The translations under genes and the position numbers were made by a program. The notes beneath the pieces were generated by a model. It was not told where the DNA came from, made no database searches, and saw nothing but the letters and a program-made list of their open reading frames with translations. Below are positions 55,732 to 64,000 of a stretch of DNA of 64,000 bases, one piece after another. The stretch comes from an uncultured Bacilli bacterium (GTDB taxonomy: Bacteria; Bacillota_I; Bacilli_A; RF39; UBA660). The stretch is taken from contig CANRCX010000002.1 of assembly GCA_947629235.1 (NCBI GenBank), positions 20,824 through 84,823 on the forward strand, written 5' to 3'. Each line of letters starts with the position of its first letter. Position 1 is the stretch's first letter.

Positions 55732-58700
55732 TTGGACTAAAGAACAAAAAGAAGCTATTACTAAAAGTGGATGTAATATTATAGTTAGTGCTGGTGCTGG
55801 AAGTGGAAAAACTGCAGTATTATCTGAAAGAGTTCTTGAAAAAATTAAAAAAGGTATACATATAAATGAATTATTAATTTTAACATTTACTAAAGCAGCT
55901 GCTGCTGAAATGAAAGATAGAATAAGAAAAAATCTTATTAAAGAAAACTTAACAGATGAATTAAATTTACTTTCATCATCTTATATTACAACATTTGATT
56001 CATTTGCATTATCAGTTGTAAAAAAATATTATTATTTACTTGGAATTTCACCTAATATATCAATAACAGATGAATCTTTAGTAAAAATAGAAGAACATAA
56101 AATAATGGATAATATATTTGAAAATTATTATATAAGTAATAATTCTAATTTTGAAAATTTAATAAAAAATTATTGTGTTAAAAATGATAATAATTTAAGA
56201 AAATTAGTTTTAAAGATTGCAAATCAAATAAATGGATATATTGATTCAGATGAATATATTAATTATTTAGAAAGTGAATTTTATAGTGATGAAAATATTA
56301 GTAAAATACTTGATGAATATGAAAATTTCATAAATGAAAAGAAACAAATAATAAAATTAGAACTTAATAATATGAAATTTTATTTTAATGAAGATTATAT
56401 GGAAAATGTACATAGTCTTTTAGATAATTTATTAAATTCTGATGTTTATGATATAAAATTATATGGTAATATTAGTCTTCCAAGAGTTCCAAATGGAACA
56501 GTAGAAGAAGCAAAACAATTAAAAGAAAGAGTTAAAAATTTAGTTAAAAATTTATTATCATATGGTAATTATGGAAGTAAAGATGATATAAAATATAGTA
56601 TTTTAAATACTAAATCAATTGTATTTTCAATATTAGATATTGTTAAAATTTATATTGAAGAATTAAAAAAATATAAAGAAGAAAATAATATTTATACATT
56701 TAATGATATAGCAAAAAATGCAATTAAAATATTAAAAGAAAATGAAAGTGCCAGAAATGAACTTAAATATTCTTTTAAAGAAATAATGATAGATGAATAT
56801 CAGGATACTAATGATGTACAAGATATATTTATGAGTTATATTGAAAATAATAATGTATATATGGTAGGTGACATTAAACAATCTATCTATAAATTTAGAG
56901 GTTCAAATCCTAATATATTTAAAGATAAATATGATAAATATTTTAATAATGATGGTGGATATAAAATAGATTTAGTAAAGAACTTTAGAAGTAGAAATGA
57001 AGTACTTAATAATATTAATAAAATATTTGAATTACTTATGGATGATGAAATAGGTGGTGCTAATTATAAATTAAGTCATGAAATGATTTATGGTCTTACT
57101 ACATATGATGAAGAAAAAATAAATGATTTTAATTATAATGTTAATATATTAGAATATGAAAATGAAAAAAATAGTAAATTTAGTGATAGTGAAATAGAAA
57201 TATTTGCTATTGCAAAAGATATAAAAGAAAAACTAGATTCAAAATTAAAAGTATATGATAAAAATACAAATAAACTAAGACAAGCAACCTATAGTGATTT
57301 TGTTATTATATTAGATAGAAGTAAATATTTTAATGATTATAAAAAAATATTTGAATATATGGGTATTCCACTTACTGTACTTAGAGATGATAAATTAAAT
57401 GTAAGTAATGATATATTAATTTTAAAGAATATAATTGATTTTATAATAAGAATTCATAATAATGATTATGGAATTGAATTTAAATATGATTTTATGAGTA
57501 TAGGAAGAAGTTTCTTATATGAGTATAATGATAAAGAATTATTTGATTATTTTAAAAATAATAACTTTAATGATAGTAATTTATTTAAAGATTTTAGTAA
57601 TTTTGATTCATTAAATTCTATGTCATGTAGTGAAATATTAGATAAAATATTAGATATTACTGATTTTTATTCTAAGATATATAAAATAGGTAATTATGAA
57701 GATGTTAATGTTAGAATTAAATCTATTTATAATTTATCAATTGATTTAAATAATATTGGATATACTATATTAGAATTTAGAGATTATTTAAATGAAATAT
57801 TAGATTATGGAATAGATATAAAATATAAAACTTATAATTCAAATAATGATAGTGTTAAAATAATGACTATTCATGCATCTAAAGGACTTGAATATCCAAT
57901 TTGTTATTTTGCAGATTTAGATCATACATTTAATACTGAAGATATAAAAAAATTATTTATTGTTGATAAAAAATATGGTTTAATTGTACCAAATGAAATA
58001 AATAATAGTGATCAAAATGATACTAGTATATTAAAAGAATTATATAAAAATAATTTAAATAAAGAAGAAATAAGTGAAAGATTAAGATTATTTTATGTAG
58101 CACTTACAAGAGCAAGAGAAAAAATGATAATTGTAGTACCTAATAAAGAAGTTCAACCATTAGAAAAAGATGAAAATGGTGTTATTGATAAAATAAGAAG
58201 ATTAAGCTTTAATAAATTATCAGATTTTATAATAATGGAAAAACCTTATTTGAAAGAATACTTTAATGAAATAGATATAAATTCATTAAATTTAACTAAA
58301 GATTATTTATTACAAAAAAATAAAATAAATAATATAGATAAAGATAGTGAAGAATTTAAAGTAGAAGAAATTAATATTGAAAATGAAGAAGTAGAAGAAG
58401 AACATTTTTCAAAAGAATCAATAGAAATTATAAGTCATGAAGAAGTACAAAATATGGAATTTGGTACTAATGTACATGAAGTATTTGAATTAATTGATTT
58501 TAAAAATTATGATGAAAATATTATTAAAAATAAATTTATTCGTGAAAAAGTTAGTAAATTTATGAAGAGTAAATTATTAAATAATATTGAAGATGCAAAT
58601 ATTTATCATGAATATGAATTTATATATGAAAAAGATAATACTGAGTATCATGGTATTATAGATTTAATGATTGAACATGATGATTATATAGATTTAGTAG

Positions 58701-58840
58701 ATTTTAAACTAAAAAATACTAAAGATGAAAAGTATATAAAACAATTAAATGGTTATAAAGATTATATAAATAGTATTAGTGATAAAAAAGTTAATTTATA
58801 TTTATATTCAATAATTAATGAAAGTATTGATGAAATATAG
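55724..58840 (+). CDS. addA: AddA helicase-nuclease subunit (UvrD/PcrA-type SF1 helicase + RecB nuclease)
   Basis: Walker A AGAGSGKT, IDEYQDTN, NFRS, MTIHASKGLEYP, YVALTRAR, and the C-terminal nuclease GIIDLMIE..IDLVDFK are present. Confidence 0.9.
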   Translation: MPNWTKEQKEAITKSGCNIIVSAGAGSGKTAVLSERVLEKIKKGIHINELLILTFTKAAAAEMKDRIRKNLIKENLTDELNLLSSSYITTFDSFALSVVKKYYYLLGISPNISITDESLVKIEEHKIMDNIFENYYISNNSNFENLIKNYCVKNDNNLRKLVLKIANQINGYIDSDEYINYLESEFYSDENISKILDEYENFINEKKQIIKLELNNMKFYFNEDYMENVHSLLDNLLNSDVYDIKLYGNISLPRVPNGTVEEAKQLKERVKNLVKNLLSYGNYGSKDDIKYSILNTKSIVFSILDIVKIYIEELKKYKEENNIYTFNDIAKNAIKILKENESARNELKYSFKEIMIDEYQDTNDVQDIFMSYIENNNVYMVGDIKQSIYKFRGSNPNIFKDKYDKYFNNDGGYKIDLVKNFRSRNEVLNNINKIFELLMDDEIGGANYKLSHEMIYGLTTYDEEKINDFNYNVNILEYENEKNSKFSDSEIEIFAIAKDIKEKLDSKLKVYDKNTNKLRQATYSDFVIILDRSKYFNDYKKIFEYMGIPLTVLRDDKLNVSNDILILKNIIDFIIRIHNNDYGIEFKYDFMSIGRSFLYEYNDKELFDYFKNNNFNDSNLFKDFSNFDSLNSMSCSEILDKILDITDFYSKIYKIGNYEDVNVRIKSIYNLSIDLNNIGYTILEFRDYLNEILDYGIDIKYKTYNSNNDSVKIMTIHASKGLEYPICYFADLDHTFNTEDIKKLFIVDKKYGLIVPNEINNSDQNDTSILKELYKNNLNKEEISERLRLFYVALTRAREKMIIVVPNKEVQPLEKDENGVIDKIRRLSFNKLSDFIIMEKPYLKEYFNEIDINSLNLTKDYLLQKNKINNIDKDSEEFKVEEINIENEEVEEEHFSKESIEIISHEEVQNMEFGTNVHEVFELIDFKNYDENIIKNKFIREKVSKFMKSKLLNNIEDANIYHEYEFIYEKDNTEYHGIIDLMIEHDDYIDLVDFKLKNTKDEKYIKQLNGYKDYINSISDKKVNLYLYSIINESIDEI

Positions 58841-58969
58841 TTTATAAAGATATATAGAAATATATATCTTTTTTAAAAAGTGTAAACTAATAAGTATATA
58901 AGTAATTTTTTTAACTTTTTTAAAATATCTCTATGGTATAATAATTTATAGTAAGGATAGGTGTTTAAA

Positions 58970-59563
58970 ATGAAAAAAGAAAAAAAGGAAAAGAAAGAAA
59001 AAGCTGAAAAGTTAGATATTGATAATATTAATTTAAAAGAACTAGTACTTTCTGTAAAATTATTTTCAATAGTTGGAGTTGTTCTTGGATTTATATTTTT
59101 AATATTAACAGGATACTATTTTGTAGTATCTACTGATAATATAATTAATTATTCACCAGCAGAAATTCAAAATGATAGATTAACTATTAATTATATGTCA
59201 AATTTAAATGATTATTCACGTGAAGAAGCAATAGAAGCACTTAGCAATATTGGAAATAAAACTCTATTTATAGTAACTAATGTAGCTTTACCAACATTAA
59301 TACTTGTTATAGTAATTGTGTTAATAATTATATCTTGTAAAATAGCGTACGATATAGTTAAAAATGTCAAAGAAAATAAAAATTTATTTACAAATAAAAA
59401 ATTAGAAATGGTTAAGAAACTTAGAACAACATTAATAGTTGCATTGTTAATATCTTTTTTAGCTTTTGGATTTTCTCTTATAAGTATATTATTTATAGAA
59501 TTAGCTTTAGAAATTATTATATATTTATTTGAAAATTGTGTTGAAAGAGAAAATAAAAGTTAA
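58970..59563 (+). CDS. Hypothetical membrane protein with Lys/Glu-rich N-terminus
   Basis: MKKEKKEKKEKAEK is followed by three TM segments. ATG 58970 lies 6 nt after AGGTG. Confidence 0.45.
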   Translation: MKKEKKEKKEKAEKLDIDNINLKELVLSVKLFSIVGVVLGFIFLILTGYYFVVSTDNIINYSPAEIQNDRLTINYMSNLNDYSREEAIEALSNIGNKTLFIVTNVALPTLILVIVIVLIIISCKIAYDIVKNVKENKNLFTNKKLEMVKKLRTTLIVALLISFLAFGFSLISILFIELALEIIIYLFENCVERENKS

Positions 59564-59667
59564 ATTTATTTTCTTTTTTTTATGCTTATGTTATAATTAA
59601 CAAAGAATAGTAGAAAAAATATGTGTGGGAATAACGAAAAAAGAATAATTAAAGGTAGTGGTGTAGT

Positions 59668-62202
59668 ATGAAAATATTTATAAAACATATATTAAGAAAT
59701 ATTAAGGAAAATAAAGGAAGAACATTTTTAATATTAACATCTTTATTTGGGACAGCAATAGTTGTTTCTATATTGTTTGCATTTATTTTTTCTCTCAATG
59801 AATTGATAAATTCTTTTATTAGTGGAATAGTCACATTTGATTATCAAGTTTTTAGCTCTAATGAAGAAAATTTGACTTTTGATAGGATAAAAAATGTAGA
59901 TTCAAATTTTGATTATTTAGGACTTCCAGATTATAATTATGGATACATTAAAGACTCAAAAGATAATTTTGTTAAAACAAATTTAACTGGATTAAATGTA
60001 GAAAATGCTAAAAAATTAAAATTAATTAAATTAGAAAATGATGATATAGATTCATTAAAAGATAATGAAATAATTATATCTAAAAAATATGCTGATGAAA
60101 ATAAATTAGATATAAATTCAGTTATAAATTATTATAGTGAAGATAAAATTAAATATGAACTAACTGTAAAAGGAATTGCAGAAACAACAGGTATATTATT
60201 TGCCAAAAATAATTACACTATAGTATCAAATGAAAATACTTTATTAACAATTTCAAAAGAAAATGAAATAAAATATGATGAATTCCTTTTAAAATATACA
60301 GGCAATAAAGATAAAAAGAAATTAACTGAATATATATATTCTGTAGAAGATGATTATGGTTTAGATTTTTATGATTCTATGGAAGACATTTCTGATGTAT
60401 GGGGAATGCTTAAACCATTTCTTATTTTTCCAATTATATGTATTTTCCTTATAATTTTAGTATTCTTTACTGTTAATTCAATAGTAAAAATAATTATAGA
60501 AGAAAGAATTCCAATTATTGGAACATTTAGAAGTCTTGGTGCAACACAAAGACAAATGAATTTAATATTACTAGCTGAAATGTCAACTTATGGTTTGATA
60601 GGTGGAATATTTGGTGGACTGGTTGGTAGTGCAGTAGCAAAATTGATATTTGCATTATTTGAAGATATGTCAAGTTCAATAGGAATAGAAATTTCAATGA
60701 ATTATGGAAATGTTGCAATATATATAATGATTTTAACAATACTATTTATGGTTTCATTCCAAATTGCACTTTCAATAGCAGAAATAATAAAATCTAATAA
60801 ATTAAGTATAAAAGATTGTATATTTAATAAAAATGAAAAAATATATAAATATAGTATTATTAAAATATTAATAGGTATTGCGTTCTTAATTATTTCAATT
60901 ATAACATTAGTTTTAAATTCAAAAGTTACTATAATTCATGTAATTATAGGTATTTTATCAATATTTATATCAATTGCATTTTTAGTACCATTTATAACAA
61001 AATTGATTAGTGATTATATTATAAAAAAAGATAACCCAGTAATTGAAATGGCAAAAAATACAATAAAAAATAATAGATTACAAATTGGTAGTAATATAAT
61101 TATGGGTGTAATGTTATGTATTTCATTAATTGCATTTTCGGTACTAAATTATATAAAAGCAGGAAATGAAGAAAAAATAAATATGATTAAATCTGATATA
61201 TATGTTGACTCAACAAATGAAAGCATGAATCTTTTAAGTGAAATAGCTTCATTAAATAATGTAAAAGAAGCCGGTGCATTATATTATTCAAATTTAGACA
61301 TTGGATATAGTGAAATGACATTTGCGAATAATAAAATAAATAATTTAACTATTATATATAGTGATGATTATGAAAAAATAGAAAAAAATAGTAATATAAT
61401 AAAATTCGATGGCAAACTAGCAAATAATTTAAAGAATGATGAAGTTATAATTAGTAATTATTTAAAAGAAAAATATAACCTTAAATTAGGAGATGTTATT
61501 GTACTTAATGGTAGAACTAAAAGTAAAAGATTTACAGTAGATACTCCTTATAATTTAAAAATTGTAGGTTTTATGGATAGCGATAATATTGAAAATTCAT
61601 CTATAATCTTAAGTGATAAAATAGCATTACAAGAAAGTATAAGATTTTTAGGATTTTCTTATATGATATATCTTGTAAATGTACAAGATGAAAATAAAAT
61701 AAACGAAACAAAAGAAGATATATCAAAATTATTAACAAGTAATGATTTTGAACTTTATACAAATAAAGAATATAAAGAAGAAGTACAAAGTCAAATAGAT
61801 TCAAATTTTATAAAACTTTCAGCAATTTTATTTATAATAATATCAATATCATTAATAGGTATTATTAATAATCAATCAGTAAGCTTTTTAGAAAGAAAAA
61901 AAGAATTAGCAATTTTATATTCAACTTCTATGAGTAGAAAACAAATTAATAATATGATAATGATTGAAATGTTATTATCATACATAATTTGTGGTTTATT
62001 ATCATTAATATTTACATTTATGTTAATTGAATTAATAAAATGTGCAACTGATTTATCAGAAATGTATATGCAAATAAAATTTAGTTTTTCAGGAATAATA
62101 ATTATATTTGTTGTTATAGCAATTATAATGTTTATTATATATTTAGTTATGAAGAAAAAAATTAAAAAAATGAATATTGTGGAGGAACTTAAGTATGAAT
62201 AA
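59668..62202 (+). CDS. ABC transporter permease with two FtsX domains (MacB/YxdM-like)
   Basis: It is 844 aa with two 4-TM FtsX-type modules separated by large extracytoplasmic domains. It overlaps the ATPase gene. Confidence 0.8.
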   Translation: MKIFIKHILRNIKENKGRTFLILTSLFGTAIVVSILFAFIFSLNELINSFISGIVTFDYQVFSSNEENLTFDRIKNVDSNFDYLGLPDYNYGYIKDSKDNFVKTNLTGLNVENAKKLKLIKLENDDIDSLKDNEIIISKKYADENKLDINSVINYYSEDKIKYELTVKGIAETTGILFAKNNYTIVSNENTLLTISKENEIKYDEFLLKYTGNKDKKKLTEYIYSVEDDYGLDFYDSMEDISDVWGMLKPFLIFPIICIFLIILVFFTVNSIVKIIIEERIPIIGTFRSLGATQRQMNLILLAEMSTYGLIGGIFGGLVGSAVAKLIFALFEDMSSSIGIEISMNYGNVAIYIMILTILFMVSFQIALSIAEIIKSNKLSIKDCIFNKNEKIYKYSIIKILIGIAFLIISIITLVLNSKVTIIHVIIGILSIFISIAFLVPFITKLISDYIIKKDNPVIEMAKNTIKNNRLQIGSNIIMGVMLCISLIAFSVLNYIKAGNEEKINMIKSDIYVDSTNESMNLLSEIASLNNVKEAGALYYSNLDIGYSEMTFANNKINNLTIIYSDDYEKIEKNSNIIKFDGKLANNLKNDEVIISNYLKEKYNLKLGDVIVLNGRTKSKRFTVDTPYNLKIVGFMDSDNIENSSIILSDKIALQESIRFLGFSYMIYLVNVQDENKINETKEDISKLLTSNDFELYTNKEYKEEVQSQIDSNFIKLSAILFIIISISLIGIINNQSVSFLERKKELAILYSTSMSRKQINNMIMIEMLLSYIICGLLSLIFTFMLIELIKCATDLSEMYMQIKFSFSGIIIIFVVIAIIMFIIYLVMKKKIKKMNIVEELKYE

Positions 62203-62959
62203 TGAAATAATATTAGAAGTTAAAAATTTAAGAAAAGTATTTGAAGATAATTTAGCAACACCATTAGAAGTATTAAAAAATATTAATTTAAAAGTTAGTA
62301 AAGGTGAATTTATTTCATTAATGGGTGAAAGTGGTTCTGGTAAATCAACATTACTATATCAAATAGGCTTTTTGGATACTCCAACGGAAGGAAATGTAAT
62401 TATAGATGGTGTAGATGTAAATACATTGAATGATAATAAAAAATCTCAATTAAGAAGAGAAAAAATAGGATTTGTATTTCAATTTTATAATTTAATTCCT
62501 AATCTATCTGTTGAAGATAATATTTTACTTCCTGTTATAATGTCAAATAAAAAGAAAAAAGATTATGAAGAAAAATTAAATAAATTATTAGAAATTATAG
62601 GCCTTCAAGATAAAAGAAAATATCTTCCTAAACAATTATCAGGTGGACAGCAACAAAGAGTAGCAATAGCAAGAGCAGTAATTATGAGTCCATCATTGAT
62701 ACTAGCAGATGAACCAACTGGAAACTTAGATAGTGCTTCTACAGCTGAAATTATGAATTTATTTAAAAAATTAAATGAAGAAGAAAAAATTACTATTATA
62801 CAGGTTACTCACTCAAAAAAAGTTGCAGAATATACAGATAAAATAATTTATTTGAAAGATGGTCAAATTGTTTCTACTTTAGATGATACTGTAAATAATG
62901 AAAATACAGCAGTAAAAGAAGAAATTCAAGTTATAGAAGGTGGAAATAATAATGAATAA
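62195..62959 (+). CDS. ABC transporter ATP-binding protein (MacB/LolD-like)
   Basis: Walker A GESGSGKST, Q-loop, signature LSGGQQQRVAIARA and Walker B LILADEPTGNLD are present. ATG 62195 follows a GGAGGA RBS. Confidence 0.92.
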   Translation: MNNEIILEVKNLRKVFEDNLATPLEVLKNINLKVSKGEFISLMGESGSGKSTLLYQIGFLDTPTEGNVIIDGVDVNTLNDNKKSQLRREKIGFVFQFYNLIPNLSVEDNILLPVIMSNKKKKDYEEKLNKLLEIIGLQDKRKYLPKQLSGGQQQRVAIARAVIMSPSLILADEPTGNLDSASTAEIMNLFKKLNEEEKITIIQVTHSKKVAEYTDKIIYLKDGQIVSTLDDTVNNENTAVKEEIQVIEGGNNNE

Positions 62960-64000
62960 TAAGAAAATATATATAATTGTTTCTCTTATATTATTTGTTA
63001 TATTATATACCATAAGTATCCTTGTTTTTGGAATTAAAGATAATACTATAATTAATAAACCAGTAAGTAATCTATTAACTAAACAGCCAAGATTAGAAGA
63101 TGATTTCTATGATTACGTTAATTATAAATATTTAAGTGAAAATCATTTAGATGATGATACTGAACAATGGATGTATTTATATAGTGACGCTGGTAAAAAA
63201 ATAAAAGAAGAGAAAAAAAATATAATTAATACTATTTTAAATAAATGTGATTCTTATAAAAAAGGATCAATAAATAATAAAATTTGTATTATATATAATA
63301 ATTATAATGAATCTAAAAATAATAATAAAAATAAAGAAGATATAGATAAATATATAAATCAAATAAATAATTTACAAACATTAGATGAATATTTAAATTA
63401 TATATACAAATTAGACTATGATTTAAGTGAAGATATTGTAACTAATGTAGGAATTTATTTCCAACCAAGTAATTATAAAAAGCCTTATTTTACTATGAAT
63501 TTATTAAGTTATGATTATGGTGTTACAGATAAAGATTATTATAATAATGATGATTATATACAAGAATTAAATAAATTTAAAAAATATGATATTAATATTT
63601 TAACTACTTATGGATATACAGAATCAGAAGCAAATAAAATGGTAGAAAGTGTTCAAAGCATGTATAAAGAAATATCTAGATTTGCTATTAATTCTATTAA
63701 ATTAGAAGAAAAAGGTTACAAAATTTATAAAAAAGCTGAGTTACAATCTATGCTTAAAAATATAAAAATAGATAATATTACAAAGTATTATTCAAATTTA
63801 TATAATGGAAAAGATAATATATTAGTTACAGATATTAATCAATTATTATCAATGGACGAATATTTAATAGAAGAAAATTTAAATACATTAAAAAATTATG
63901 CAATACTAAAAATATTAACAGATTATTCAAAATATATAAATGATGAATTTTATACAATAAATAGTAAATTTGAAAATGATATGAGTGGTAACTTAAATTA
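62952..64000 (+). CDS. M13-family (PepO/neprilysin-like) peptidase, N-terminal part, running off the window
   Basis: The frame is open from ATG 62952 to the window end. An N-terminal TM is followed by DDFYDYVNYKYL (M13 N-domain hallmark DDFY.YVN..W/YL). It is not in the ORF track because it has no stop within the window. Confidence 0.55.
   Translation, partial: MNNKKIYIIVSLILFVILYTISILVFGIKDNTIINKPVSNLLTKQPRLEDDFYDYVNYKYLSENHLDDDTEQWMYLYSDAGKKIKEEKKNIINTILNKCDSYKKGSINNKICIIYNNYNESKNNNKNKEDIDKYINQINNLQTLDEYLNYIYKLDYDLSEDIVTNVGIYFQPSNYKKPYFTMNLLSYDYGVTDKDYYNNDDYIQELNKFKKYDINILTTYGYTESEANKMVESVQSMYKEISRFAINSIKLEEKGYKIYKKAELQSMLKNIKIDNITKYYSNLYNGKDNILVTDINQLLSMDEYLIEENLNTLKNYAILKILTDYSKYINDEFYTINSKFENDMSGNLN

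Noticed and set aside
1-64000. CRISPR arrays, rRNA genes and IS elements.
   Set aside because: I saw no regularly spaced direct repeats, no rRNA-like conserved strings and no transposase-like ORFs on either strand.

Overview
By eye the window is about three quarters A+T. It looks like a low-GC Firmicutes-type chromosome using the standard genetic code. spoIIR and an [FeFe] hydrogenase point to an anaerobic, spore-forming lineage. Most of it is core or housekeeping: spoIIR (5' partial), murA, rpmE, an OmpR-type two-component pair, hydA, typA, rpsF-ssb-rpsR, dusB, rplM-rpsI, htrA, tRNA-Cys(GCA), queH, a CDF exporter, an LtaS-like sulfatase, ogg, upp, a PAP2 phosphatase, patatin, tRNA-Gly(GCC), LemA/DUF2207, a NUDIX hydrolase, a CaCA antiporter, addBA, an FtsX/ABC pair and a 3'-partial M13 peptidase. 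I saw no rRNA, CRISPR array, transposase or integrase. Four accessory-looking patches stand out. (1) An approximately 6.4 kb gene set directly downstream of tRNA-Gly (37.4-43.8 kb) holds a DUF1016/YhcG PD-(D/E)XK nuclease, a Zn-phospholipase-C-like protein, an orphan double-SIS protein and an HD protein. It also holds a translationally coupled radical-SAM/SPASM plus aGPT-Pplase-like (DNA base hypermodification family) pair, which is my best candidate for an undescribed system. (2) A Fic protein sits with three paralogous XRE regulators (9.4-11.8 kb). (3) An Abi_2 abortive-infection gene is wedged between rpsI and htrA. (4) A ClpC-like ATPase lacking the D2 ring lies next to a membrane Zn peptidase. 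Two long ORF-free regions (8382-8946 and 14359-15144) each carry a consensus extended -10 sigma-A promoter. The second drives a GC-enriched, hairpin-rich stretch of about 450 nt on the minus strand that I could not assign to any RNA class from memory. All protein calls rest on motifs read from the supplied translations. No database search was run.
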